A stretch of 64,000 nucleotides of DNA, taken from NCBI GenBank assembly GCA_964531275.1, contig CAZHDZ010000001.1, positions 68,882-132,881 of the forward strand, given 5' to 3'. The notes beneath the pieces are model-generated. The model saw nothing but the letters and a program-made list of their open reading frames with translations, was not told the DNA's origin and made no database searches. The translations under genes were made by a program, and so were the position numbers. The DNA is from an uncultured Gammaproteobacteria bacterium (lineage in GTDB: Bacteria > Patescibacteriota > Microgenomatia > Levybacterales > GWA1-39-11). Each line of letters begins with the position of its first letter. Position 1 is the first letter of the stretch. Shown piece after piece: positions 36,103 through 45,560 of this stretch.

Positions 36103-37173
36103 ATGCGATATACTGATTCTATGGAAGAGTCTTCAGTTGAAGTTGCACCACCTGTAAGAAGAATTGTTAGGAGAAGTGGTGGCGGCGTAGTCCCAATACA
36201 GAAAGGTCCTTCTGCATTATCCAGAATTGCCAGCAAGGTTGTCCCAGTTGTTCTTGCGGCCTCTGCAATAGGAGGTAGTGCTGGCTTGGTGCATGAAAGT
36301 ATGAATTCAGATAGTGACAATAGGGGAGCTACGGTGACATTCATACCAAAAGTAGAGGCGAGTGAAGAAGCCATGATTCAGGAAAGTGATGGCATTTTTG
36401 ATATGGTTTTCCATGGGTCAGATAATGCCCAAAAGACTGAGGCACGACAGGAAGTAGATATGTATAAAAGCAAAATTGCAGCAAAGCCAGGATACGTACA
36501 AGAGCACCAAGTGATTCCATTAAAGTATGAACGTCAAATAGAACAGACCGCAATGGCATACGGAATTTCCAAAGATACTTTGATGGGGATTGTTTCTGTA
36601 GAAAATGGTGGGGGTGTGGATATAACAAATAAATCCTCAGGTGCCCGTGGGGTCACACAATTTTTGCCGGATACAGCAAGGCAATATGGATTGCGAGTTA
36701 ATTCTGAATTTGATGAACGTACAAATCCAGATAAAAGTATCGCTGCAACAGGTAAGTATCTGGAGCAGAATAAAGCACTTTTTGGTGGTGATGAAGGGCT
36801 TGCCATATGGTCGTATCATGCAGGAGCAGGAATAGTATTTCGGGCGTTAAGGACTTATTTCCTGGATACCAACAATGTAGATATTGGGGATTATGTTGAT
36901 GCAATTGTTACAAATAATCCAGCAGCCCGGGAAAGCGTAGAGGAAAAGACTAAAGAATTAATGAAAAAAGACGGATTGGATATTTACAAGCTTCTTAAAA
37001 ATGAAGCTGTCCAAAAAAATGTTGTCGAGGGTCTTGATGATTTTTCAGGTAGTTACCCGTTTCAAGTTCTTGCTGCCGGTGAATTATTGAATGAAAGATC
37101 TAACAATGTTGTTGCTTCTCAGGAGGAACAAAAACCAATTCTTGCAAGCGCAACCGGCAATACTTCTCGATAA
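36103..37173 (+). CDS. membrane-anchored lytic transglycosylase (SLT / GH23-like domain)
   Basis: Cytoplasmic N-tail, one TM, then GIVSVENGGG…ARGVTQFLPDTARQYGL…AYHAG pattern of SLT catalytic domain. Confidence 0.55.
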   Translation: MRYTDSMEESSVEVAPPVRRIVRRSGGGVVPIQKGPSALSRIASKVVPVVLAASAIGGSAGLVHESMNSDSDNRGATVTFIPKVEASEEAMIQESDGIFDMVFHGSDNAQKTEARQEVDMYKSKIAAKPGYVQEHQVIPLKYERQIEQTAMAYGISKDTLMGIVSVENGGGVDITNKSSGARGVTQFLPDTARQYGLRVNSEFDERTNPDKSIAATGKYLEQNKALFGGDEGLAIWSYHAGAGIVFRALRTYFLDTNNVDIGDYVDAIVTNNPAARESVEEKTKELMKKDGLDIYKLLKNEAVQKNVVEGLDDFSGSYPFQVLAAGELLNERSNNVVASQEEQKPILASATGNTSR

Positions 37174-37286
37174 TTTATGTATTAGAGAGAGGTTACAAAG
37201 TGGAGGGTTAGAATATCACCCTGGGGGTGGGAGTGGTCAGCCATGCTTTAGTTGTGCACCCGCAAAATATTAGTGTCAAATAGAAT

Positions 37287-38144
37287 TTATCTTAGCATCT
37301 GCATTGCAATGCGAGTTCTTGAAAAATCATTTGGTTCTTCATGACCACCCGGTACAACTTCATAGTGCTTAAAAGGGAAAGCATGTCCTCCATCTTTTAG
37401 ATCCTTTAAGGCAGCTTCCATTTCGCTGTACCTAAAGAGATTGTCCTCTTGAGCAACGATTGCCGAAACACCTACACCTTTCTTGTTTAATTTTAAAATT
37501 ACATCAATTAAATTTGCTTTAGCTATGCCTCGAATTTCACCAACTCGGCAGGGAATATTCCTTCTCAGATAGTGTGCAACCTCTCCTGTATTTGCGCCTT
37601 CCAGACCCCACCCATTTTGTTTGAGGGCCTGAAGCTTATCCAGACTCCACCGTGCTACTACAACGTGCGGCGGTAATTCAACGGCTCCTGGACTTCCCAG
37701 CACTATATGGTCAAAACTATCTGAAATAAGAGCTGCCATTGCGAGATCAAGTGCCCCACCTGAAATTCCATATCCTTTTCCACCTTGGAGTCCATATTCT
37801 TTGGCAACATTCGCAAGTATAGTAGATCTCATTAAGATCTCGGGGGTAAAGTTGTTGTAATAACCTTTATTGTCCCTTTTAACTCCACGACCCTTAGCAA
37901 CATCAATAGCAGGAGTAATTGCTCTTATTCTATTACTTGCAATTACCTCACTTCGTCCTACAACTGGATTGAAAATTCCAAATCCTTGAGCAACCAAAAG
38001 TGGTTGGCCTATAGCATTTGGAGGAGTTATATCGTGTACAATAGCTGCACCTTCCGGGTAACTGTGAGTCGTTCTACTATAAGAACCAAGTCCCTCAAAG
38101 GCAGCCTCGGGTAATTGGAATGATCCTTCCTTAAAAGGTGGCAC
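37287..38144 (-). CDS. alpha/beta-hydrolase fold protein (esterase/lipase-like)
   Basis: Nucleophile elbow GISGGALDLAMAAL; C-terminal D/H candidates. Confidence 0.45.
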   Translation of the reverse strand: MPPFKEGSFQLPEAAFEGLGSYSRTTHSYPEGAAIVHDITPPNAIGQPLLVAQGFGIFNPVVGRSEVIASNRIRAITPAIDVAKGRGVKRDNKGYYNNFTPEILMRSTILANVAKEYGLQGGKGYGISGGALDLAMAALISDSFDHIVLGSPGAVELPPHVVVARWSLDKLQALKQNGWGLEGANTGEVAHYLRRNIPCRVGEIRGIAKANLIDVILKLNKKGVGVSAIVAQEDNLFRYSEMEAALKDLKDGGHAFPFKHYEVVPGGHEEPNDFSRTRIAMQMLR

Positions 38145-38908
38145 CTAGAATTATAGCCACACAATCTTTGAAAAGTGAAGAATGGATGCATTCGATTGCC
38201 CCCGACGTGCGATTTAACACAAAATCCACTATAATTGTCATCCGTATGAGCGAAAGAGAAGGTACTCAGCCAACACAAGGATCTCCTGCAGAATTTTCTG
38301 CACCAGCTGGAGATTACGGCAAGAGTAGAGTTCTTGGAATACTGTTTGCGCGCGAACTGGGAGAACAATTGGTGGGTACAAACCCAGAAGTTGCTGAGTT
38401 ATATATAGCAACAGGTTTAAGCTACAGTGATATTGCTCGTCAGGTTATTCCTGGCATTGCTTCAAGTTTTCCAAGAGTTGCAGAAGTTGCAGTGGGTAAT
38501 GCTGTCAGGGGCATTATTCCTCCAGAAGAGCTCGGACCAATAGTTGCAAGAAAAAGAGCGGCTGCAATGGAAGCATTAGTCGCAAGCAGGAGTGCAGATG
38601 AGCAAAGAGAGCACCAAAGTGCAGCTGGAAAAAGAAGACAGAAGCTCCACGGGCCCAATGTAGAAGCAATGGTTAGGGGACGAGGAAGAACAATGTGGAG
38701 TGAGAATGAGAAGAGTCTTGCTGTAGCATTGAGTAGATTTCCTGAATTTCAATCAAAAAGCCCACATCATAAAGGGGAAGCAAACCATGAAGATATTGCT
38801 CTAGCACTGAATGAGCTTTTTCATGACGGTAGGGAAGTTAGGCGAAAAGGTGGTGTGAATAAGACAGTTAATGCCTTAAAGCGAAAGCAGGCTGAACAGG
38901 AAAAATAA
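38138..38908 (+). CDS. hypothetical Ala/Arg/Glu-rich protein
   Basis: 256-aa ORF; start overlaps the divergent upstream gene start by 7 nt, so one of the two start sites is probably mis-set. Confidence 0.35.
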   Translation: MAPRIIATQSLKSEEWMHSIAPDVRFNTKSTIIVIRMSEREGTQPTQGSPAEFSAPAGDYGKSRVLGILFARELGEQLVGTNPEVAELYIATGLSYSDIARQVIPGIASSFPRVAEVAVGNAVRGIIPPEELGPIVARKRAAAMEALVASRSADEQREHQSAAGKRRQKLHGPNVEAMVRGRGRTMWSENEKSLAVALSRFPEFQSKSPHHKGEANHEDIALALNELFHDGREVRRKGGVNKTVNALKRKQAEQEK

Positions 38909-38937
38909 TATTCAAAGACATAGAAGCACTGCAGATA

Positions 38938-40575
38938 CTAGTCTTTATCAAAGTTAACTATCCTGTATGCTTTTGTACCATCAAATCTAGTAACTATTGT
39001 TTGGCTTGTTGTACCTTTCTTGTCTGAGCAATCACCATTCTCTATTATGAGAGAATTTGGTTGTAGGACAAGAGTGCCATCCATTATCCGGTTGGATATA
39101 CACGGATCATCGATAAAGACTAGATTGTCTATTGTGTCTGCCTTGAACTTACTTTTAATTAGACCATCCGGTAACAGCTCAAATCGCCTTGCATAGAACA
39201 AATAGTACAGTGGAATATCATCAATCATTGGGAGATAAATGGTGGTATAGTTTTTTTGATTAGCAAGCACATATTCTATTAACTCCTTTTCTCCTTGATT
39301 TCTAAAAAAAGGTTTGTACGACTTACTATGAACAGAGTATTGGTGAATAAAAAATACTAGTTCGAGTGTTAAAAATAAAGTCATAATACATGTGAAGTAT
39401 AATTTTTTTCTTTTGCCCAATTCTTCCCAGAAAGCTAAAGAGCCAATAGAAAGCATGATAACAATTGGCAATATCATTAGCATGCTCCTGTGAATATTTG
39501 GTGAGTCTTCGTACGTTAGAGCAGCAGGAAGAGCAGCCAACAAAAATAGATACAGTAAATACCACGCAAATTTATTCGTTCGTTGATATTGGAGGAAGAA
39601 AAAGAAAAAAAGCAAAAGTAATGGAATAAAACTGTAGTACAAAATCCCTTGTCCAGGGACTACATATCTATCAGGAAGCCCTTTGTCCTCGAACAGAAAG
39701 TCAAAAGAATAGTAGGAAATATATTGTCCGATAAAGCCACGAGCATACACCACGGCTTTATTGTGGAATAAACGCGCTTCAAAAATATGGTTTTGTCCTT
39801 CGCCTATGGTAAATTGTTGAATTGTATTATTGAGGATTTCATTTTTATAAAATGCTACTTGGCTAAATCTTCCACTTCCGGCGCCGGTAAGACCAAGAAG
39901 AGCAGTTATTGCAAATAAAATTGTGATGAATGCAGCAATCGTAATTTTTATCTTATTTGCTTTTGCGAAAAGAGGTAGCGGAAGAAAAATGAATGGGATG
40001 AGGAGTCTATATACGTGATAGAAAAAATATGTTGTTGCACAAAGCACAAATGCATATATTAGATATCGTATTTTTCCGGTTCTTAAATATACGAAGCCAA
40101 AATAAAGCGAGAAAATCAGAAAAAATAATCCAATAATTCCTTCAGAGGTAGAGCGGGATAGTACTACATGCCATGGAAGTATTGCAAGAAAGAATGATGC
40201 TACAAGTGCAACTTTTGGTTTTTTAAATAATTCGATAAGTAGAAGGTAGAGGGGGAAAACTGTTAGTGCTCCAAATAACGAAGAGGGAAGGCGTGTGGCA
40301 AATTCATTCACCCCAAATATAAAAGTGAATATTCCAGAGAGCCAAAAAATTCCTATCGGTCTGAAATCGCCAAATTTATCAAAGAACAGAGGGAAAGCAT
40401 TTCCATATATATCCTGTCCATGAAGAAAAATATATCTTCCAATATATCCTGCCGCCAATTCGTCTGTGTGAAAGCTTTGAGGTACAACTTCTAAGTTATA
40501 TACTCGCAGAACTAATGCAAAGAGAAAAATAAGAGTGAGCACAATGTACTTATTTTTCAAAATTGAGATAGTCAT
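38938..40575 (-). CDS. GT-C membrane glycosyltransferase, ArnT/PMT (GT39/GT83, COG1807) family
   Basis: First extracytoplasmic loop SFHTDELAAGY (D-E motif) after TM1, about 11 TM, C-terminal soluble domain. Confidence 0.75.
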   Translation of the reverse strand: MTISILKNKYIVLTLIFLFALVLRVYNLEVVPQSFHTDELAAGYIGRYIFLHGQDIYGNAFPLFFDKFGDFRPIGIFWLSGIFTFIFGVNEFATRLPSSLFGALTVFPLYLLLIELFKKPKVALVASFFLAILPWHVVLSRSTSEGIIGLFFLIFSLYFGFVYLRTGKIRYLIYAFVLCATTYFFYHVYRLLIPFIFLPLPLFAKANKIKITIAAFITILFAITALLGLTGAGSGRFSQVAFYKNEILNNTIQQFTIGEGQNHIFEARLFHNKAVVYARGFIGQYISYYSFDFLFEDKGLPDRYVVPGQGILYYSFIPLLLLFFFFFLQYQRTNKFAWYLLYLFLLAALPAALTYEDSPNIHRSMLMILPIVIMLSIGSLAFWEELGKRKKLYFTCIMTLFLTLELVFFIHQYSVHSKSYKPFFRNQGEKELIEYVLANQKNYTTIYLPMIDDIPLYYLFYARRFELLPDGLIKSKFKADTIDNLVFIDDPCISNRIMDGTLVLQPNSLIIENGDCSDKKGTTSQTIVTRFDGTKAYRIVNFDKD

Positions 40576-40763
40576 TAATAAATTATAGCATTCAGGTGGC
40601 TAGCGAATTTAAGCTAAATAGATTTAACACTCCGAATAACAAATTGAGGCTATTTTCCTTTCTTTTCATGCTACGATTGAGTATTAGAATCGGTGCTATA
40701 ATTTCAGTAACGACTAAAAACTACTTGTGAATCATTGATGTCTAAAAAAGATTAAGGAATTCT

Positions 40764-42272
40764 ATGGAAGACGCAACAATTAAAAAAAACAAAGAACAGG
40801 CCAGGGAGATTTTCCCCATCTCCTACTTAAGAAAAAATCGTTATACAAAAGCACTGACTCATATTAAATTAGGAACACTATTATCCCTTTTTTTTGTTTT
40901 CTTTACTACTTATATTGCATTTTATAACTTAGGAAAGGCGCCTTTGGATAACTGGGATGAAGCTTGGTATGCGGAAGTGACAAAGCAGATGCTCAGAACA
41001 AAGGAATTTGTGATACTCAACTGGAATGGGGGAGTTTGGTTAGATAAGCCCCCAATGTATATGTGGCTTTCTGCTCTAATCTCAAGTGTGATTGGATTGT
41101 CGGAATTTTCAGTACGACTGACTTCTGCGCTAAGTGGACTTATTGCTATCATGCTCGTTGTTTGGCACTCAAAAAAAGAATACGGTATTGTTCCGGCAAT
41201 ATTAGCATTTTCCACTTTAGCATTAAATAATATCTTTGTTTGGCGGATGAGAAGCGGCAATATAGACATTTTTGTTACTTTTCTGATTTTGCTCACCTAC
41301 TTTGTTCTCATAGGTAAAAATAAGTATAGATATCCTTTGCTTGGGCTACTATTTAGTTTTATTTTCTTAACAAAGGCTTCGCTTATTATGTTTCCTCTGA
41401 GCATCTTTCTGGTACACGAAATTCTTTTTCAAAGAAAGAATATTTTCAAACAATTTAAAGAATACCTAAAGTTTGTTGGAGCACTTTTATTACTTCCTGG
41501 GTTATGGCTTCTAATCGGCTATTTAAAAATAGGATTGGCTTTCCCTATCTACTACTTATTCACATCTGATCAGGGTGTAGCAAGTGTATCACTTGCCAAA
41601 TTTAACACTGACTATATCATGCATACATATTATTCTCTTCAAAGAAGATTTTCATTTGTATTTATTGCTGGAATAGTATTTGCGCTAAGGCATATCAGAG
41701 ACGCTAAGATTTTTCTCCTATTATTGTATGCGACTGCATTGCTCATTCAGTTAAGTTTTACAGATAGAAATAATAACTGGTACTTAATTCCCTCGATGCC
41801 TTTCTGGTCTCTTCTTGTTGCCTTTGCGACATATCACATTATTAATATATTCAGAAAAAATAAATTTATCATCGGAATAATAATTCTATTGACTCTTTAT
41901 ATATCTTATAGAACATTTACCATCAACATACTTCCTATTCTCGACACATCTTCTTCAATTAAGCAAACTGAAAGTAGTAAGTTGTTGAATAAAATAGCGA
42001 AAAGTGATGATGTTATTGTTAGGCTTGATCACTTATATCCTGCGACCATCTACTATACGAATAGGAAAGTATTAGCTTCGCCAAAGGACACTGTAGAAAC
42101 TAAAAAAATATGGATAAATAGAAACGATTTGATAACAGCAATTCAGAAGAAAAACATTCGTTGGATTGTTGGGGAGAATAGCGAGGTTGAAAATTTTGTA
42201 AAGCAAGCTGCCGAAATCCAATTCCGACAAATAAAAGTGAATGATGTAGAAACCATTGCTGAGGCTCTGTAA
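40764..42272 (+). CDS. GT-C membrane glycosyltransferase, ArnT/PMT (COG1807) family
   Basis: APLDNWDEAWYAEVTKQM loop-1 motif (classic ArnT/PMT DE motif), polytopic, C-terminal soluble domain. Confidence 0.75.
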   Translation: MEDATIKKNKEQAREIFPISYLRKNRYTKALTHIKLGTLLSLFFVFFTTYIAFYNLGKAPLDNWDEAWYAEVTKQMLRTKEFVILNWNGGVWLDKPPMYMWLSALISSVIGLSEFSVRLTSALSGLIAIMLVVWHSKKEYGIVPAILAFSTLALNNIFVWRMRSGNIDIFVTFLILLTYFVLIGKNKYRYPLLGLLFSFIFLTKASLIMFPLSIFLVHEILFQRKNIFKQFKEYLKFVGALLLLPGLWLLIGYLKIGLAFPIYYLFTSDQGVASVSLAKFNTDYIMHTYYSLQRRFSFVFIAGIVFALRHIRDAKIFLLLLYATALLIQLSFTDRNNNWYLIPSMPFWSLLVAFATYHIINIFRKNKFIIGIIILLTLYISYRTFTINILPILDTSSSIKQTESSKLLNKIAKSDDVIVRLDHLYPATIYYTNRKVLASPKDTVETKKIWINRNDLITAIQKKNIRWIVGENSEVENFVKQAAEIQFRQIKVNDVETIAEAL

Positions 42273-42324
42273 GTAAAAAAAGGAGTCTTTCTTTACATAG
42301 TAACCAGATTCAAGCCTGTATAAA

Positions 42325-42963
42325 TTAGAATCGTGAATCCTGATCTAAAGACACCACATCAGCAATGTGCCGATTTTTCCTTATTCCATTTGTGTGTACT
42401 CCAATAAGCGACACTGGTAGAAGATGGTTATCTACTCCCTTAGTCTTTGCCCTCTTTATTCCGATTGGGACCCGCCGATTCAGAAGAAAAGAGCCCCAGA
42501 GCTTATAGTCCCAAGGGCAATATATATTGGAAACTTTGAGAGAAGAATTCTTTGATAAATTTTCTAACAAATTATCGGGAATATCTGCTTGAACAAAAAA
42601 TATGTGCTTAATATATTTGGGTAATGAGTGTGTTTTTAAGTAGTTCAAGAATAAATATGCTCCTAGTGAATGACAGACAATTGTAGATGGTCGGGCCACT
42701 TGCAATTGTCTATCTAGGCTACTAAGTAAATCTTTTGATTTAGCAAGATTCTTCTCATCTTTATATAAAGTAATTGTTTTGAGGGGGTTAAGTTGTTCTG
42801 TGAGGGTGAAATGTCTTCTGATTCCCCAATCAAATACTTGAGCACGCTTTTGTTTTATTAGATCCGAGAAAATTAAGAATCCACCATCACTGATCAGGGT
42901 CTTATAGAAGAGGGGAGCGGTTCTTTTTATTCCATACCCATGAATCAGAAGTGACGTATCCAC
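42325..42963 (-). CDS. alpha/beta hydrolase (esterase/lipase-like)
   Basis: Nucleophile elbow IVCHSLGAYL (GxSxG-type with H-S-L-G). Confidence 0.45.
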   Translation of the reverse strand: MDTSLLIHGYGIKRTAPLFYKTLISDGGFLIFSDLIKQKRAQVFDWGIRRHFTLTEQLNPLKTITLYKDEKNLAKSKDLLSSLDRQLQVARPSTIVCHSLGAYLFLNYLKTHSLPKYIKHIFFVQADIPDNLLENLSKNSSLKVSNIYCPWDYKLWGSFLLNRRVPIGIKRAKTKGVDNHLLPVSLIGVHTNGIRKNRHIADVVSLDQDSRF

Positions 42964-42982
42964 ATGAAGATTATAGCTTTTA

Positions 42983-43012
42983 AACTATAAAAAATCCTGC
43001 AGGACGCAGGAT
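42983..43012 (-). terminator. intrinsic terminator hairpin (AATCCTGC-AGGAC-GCAGGATT + T-run on minus strand)
   Basis: Perfect 8-bp stem/5-nt loop followed on the minus strand by UUUUUAUAGUUU. Confidence 0.5.
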
Positions 43013-43177
43013 TATGTGACCCAGATGTTTTTGAATTGTCCGCCTGCAACGCTTATTGCTTAACAACTGCGGCCAGGGAACCAGATTCGAAGCTCTTTGC
43101 AGCAGTGGAATCGAGTATTGCGTCCCGACCTAAACCCAATAACCTCAACTAATTGCGGGAATTAGAATCAAAACATT
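43013..43177 (-). ncRNA. candidate structured small RNA (unclassified) between the small membrane-protein gene and the terminator
   Basis: About 165-nt ORF-free stretch, noticeably GC-richer (about 50%) than flanks, ending in a strong intrinsic terminator; contains GCAGCAG/GGAA-type motifs but no family could be assigned. Confidence 0.2.
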
Positions 43178-43363
43178 CTATTGTTTCAGCCATGTAAGAA
43201 TTGTCATCGTTGTTGCAGCTATAAAGACTGTAACTAGCAGAGTCAACATCTCTGATATGATCTCTGGGAATACAACAGCAAGGATCATTCCGAAAGAAAT
43301 CGCGGCAATTTTAAATATTGCTGCTTGGAACCACGTTAACTTGAAAGTTTTGAGTATGTTCAT
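43178..43363 (-). CDS. small two-helix membrane protein
   Basis: 61 aa, hydrophobic; last gene of a tightly packed minus-strand operon. Confidence 0.3.
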   Translation of the reverse strand: MNILKTFKLTWFQAAIFKIAAISFGMILAVVFPEIISEMLTLLVTVFIAATTMTILTWLKQ

Positions 43364-43371
43364 GTTACTAT

Positions 43372-43938
43372 CTACCTCCCCTTTGCTTTTTTAATATCTT
43401 TTTGATTTGGATGCACTGTAAATACGGGACAGGCTGCTTGGTGAATAATTTGTTCTGCAACTGAACCGATTAATACCTTTTTAAGTCCAGTTCTTCCGTG
43501 GGTAGACATCATAATAAGATCTATTTTTTCTCGCTGCGCAATATAGAGGATTATTTCAGGTGGATACCCCTCAACAACTTTGGTTGTTATTTTCTTTACG
43601 CCTGCACTTAGCAATTCTTCCTTAACTTTTTTTAAGTCTGCTATGGCAGATTCTTTTATTCTTTTTGTCATATCTTGTAAGAATTGATGGTATGTGTCTG
43701 AAGATGAAGGAGTCCCTATGTCATATAAACCACTGTAGCTGAACTCATGAACATATGGAGTTGTGACATGTAGCAAAATAATTTCAGCATGCGAACTTTT
43801 GGCAATTGACGCTGCATGCGGAAGAATTATTGATGCACATTCCGATCCATCATGTGGCAGAAGAATTTTCTTGAAATTTATTGTTTTCATATCTATTTTA
43901 TACACCTCAATCAATTTCAAGTCATTGATACCAGTCAC
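43372..43938 (-). CDS. universal stress protein (UspA family)
   Basis: ILLPHDGSECAS…IILLHV…MSTHGRTGLKKVLIGSVAEQIIHQAACPVFTV matches UspA ATP-binding fold. Confidence 0.75.
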   Translation of the reverse strand: MTGINDLKLIEVYKIDMKTINFKKILLPHDGSECASIILPHAASIAKSSHAEIILLHVTTPYVHEFSYSGLYDIGTPSSSDTYHQFLQDMTKRIKESAIADLKKVKEELLSAGVKKITTKVVEGYPPEIILYIAQREKIDLIMMSTHGRTGLKKVLIGSVAEQIIHQAACPVFTVHPNQKDIKKAKGR

Positions 43939-43973
43939 ACAAAGGTTTTGATTTGGATCACGTGAAAGATAAA

Positions 43974-44573
43974 TTAGAGGTTGTCTTCTTCAGGTTCTAG
44001 TATGTGCTCTCGGAGTGCTATTTTTGATTTGTCAGCTTCAGGCAATAATTCTTCCATGATGTGAAGATATTTCATAGGATTATGTATCAAGTAAAGATAT
44101 ATGTATTTCTCTTTAGTCCAATTGAAAAGCTTAAGCGTTCCAAAATTAAAGATTCTCCCAAATAATCCTTGCTCTAGGGTAATTGATCCAATATGTTGAA
44201 GTAAATATCTCTCTTCTTTTTTTAAGATTAGCCCTTTCCTATAAACAATATCTTTTGTAGTAATTTCATAGTATTCATTGAGCCATTGTATAATGACAAA
44301 AATCGTAGTTATGGTTTTTAGTACTACAAGAATAATAAAAAGAGGGATGTTAAAAATAAGAATATCATCTCCAACTAGCTGTCTTATATCACTTCTAAGA
44401 ATTAGTGTATGAAAGACAATTGTTGCAACTGCTGCCACGATTTCGATTGAAAGAAGTCGAAGAAGAAGAAAGGAAATGCTTTGACGAATAGTTACATGCG
44501 TTATAACAATATTCTTACCATTCTCACCATGGATAACTCCCATTAACTTTTCTTTATAATCTAAATTAGCCAT
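43974..44573 (-). CDS. bacterial PH-domain (bPH_2, YdbS/YdbT-like) membrane protein
   Basis: Two N-terminal TM helices followed by YYEITTKDIVYRKGLILKKEERYLLQHIGSITLEQGLFGRIFNFGTL. Confidence 0.55.
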   Translation of the reverse strand: MANLDYKEKLMGVIHGENGKNIVITHVTIRQSISFLLLRLLSIEIVAAVATIVFHTLILRSDIRQLVGDDILIFNIPLFIILVVLKTITTIFVIIQWLNEYYEITTKDIVYRKGLILKKEERYLLQHIGSITLEQGLFGRIFNFGTLKLFNWTKEKYIYLYLIHNPMKYLHIMEELLPEADKSKIALREHILEPEEDNL

Positions 44574-44576
44574 AAC

Positions 44577-44906
44577 CTATTGTATGTTGAAGAAAATCAA
44601 AATGGCAATCACCAGTATGAAATTAATGGTTGTACCGATTTTGGCATCAAGCCAAAATCTAACAATGAGAGACTGCGAAAGCAGCACTGAAATAATTGCC
44701 ATATATACCCACCAAGCTTGATCAAGCAGAAATCCTATGCCTGAGGATAAAAACAATATGCTCGCAATAAACCAAACAACACCGTATGGTTTGGATATAG
44801 ATTCACTGAATTGATCAAGCTCTGCAATATTAAAGCCCTTCGCAAAACCTAAAAGATGTATCATCCCATGAATTATCAGTATCCCAATAATAATTTCTTT
44901 AATCAT
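44577..44906 (-). CDS. small integral membrane protein (3-4 TM)
   Basis: Hydrophobic 109-aa ORF overlapping neighbours by a few nt. Confidence 0.35.
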   Translation of the reverse strand: MIKEIIIGILIIHGMIHLLGFAKGFNIAELDQFSESISKPYGVVWFIASILFLSSGIGFLLDQAWWVYMAIISVLLSQSLIVRFWLDAKIGTTINFILVIAILIFFNIQ

Positions 44907-45285
44907 ATTTTCTTCTTAGTAAGAACATAACTAAAATCAAAACTATAATTGAAAGTGCAGAGTAGAGTAATTGCAACCAATGTGGGTACTGAACGATATA
45001 TAACTCAGAAATCTCGAATATAAGCATCCCAAGCGCAGCAGTTACAGCGAGCTCATACTGAAATTTGTGATGAATAAATAACAACCAGATAGCGCTTAAG
45101 CTGATAGCGCCCACTAAAAAAAGTATAAGCCCAGGAACTGTAAAGGAGTGGAAGTACCCATGTAACTGAGGAACTGTAGCTCCTAAGCCATTAGTTATTA
45201 TTAGGCTCACGCCACCAAAGATAGCAGTAATACCAACGAATAACAAAATTCCAATTACCAAATTCTTAATTAAGTACGAACTCAT
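44899..45285 (-). CDS. small integral membrane protein (4 TM)
   Basis: Hydrophobic 128-aa ORF, overlapping neighbours. Confidence 0.35.
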   Translation of the reverse strand: MSSYLIKNLVIGILLFVGITAIFGGVSLIITNGLGATVPQLHGYFHSFTVPGLILFLVGAISLSAIWLLFIHHKFQYELAVTAALGMLIFEISELYIVQYPHWLQLLYSALSIIVLILVMFLLRRKYD

Positions 45286-45560
45286 TTATCCTCCCTTTCA
45301 ACTGAGATTGTGCATTCTCCAATGAGTGCTGCTATTGCTCCGACGGCTGCAAGGACAGGAGCAAGCACTGCTCCAACGACGCCTACTGTAAGCGGAAATG
45401 CTATCAATTCTTTTCCGTCTTTATCTTTTATTGTTATTCTTCGTACATTTCCTTCGTTAATAATCTCCTTAACTTTTCTGAGTAAGTCTTCTCCATTTGC
45501 GCTAAATGATTCTTCTTTCTTCTCTTTCATAATAACCACCTCCATTTCAAAGCAGAGCAT
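45282..45560 (-). CDS. DUF4342-like small protein
   Basis: …GNVRRITIKDKDGKELIAFPLTVGVVGAVLAPVLAAVGAIAALIGECTISVERE pattern matches my recollection of the DUF4342 family. Confidence 0.4.
   Translation of the reverse strand: MLCFEMEVVIMKEKKEESFSANGEDLLRKVKEIINEGNVRRITIKDKDGKELIAFPLTVGVVGAVLAPVLAAVGAIAALIGECTISVEREDK

Noticed and set aside
36103-38908. Possible second compositional island (SLT-domain protein, alpha/beta hydrolase, Ala/Arg-rich protein appear GC-richer)
   Set aside because: By eye these are about 43-45% GC. That is similar to soluble housekeeping genes such as lon (about 42%) and only higher than the very AT-rich membrane-protein genes. It was not called as an island without a computed GC or codon profile.
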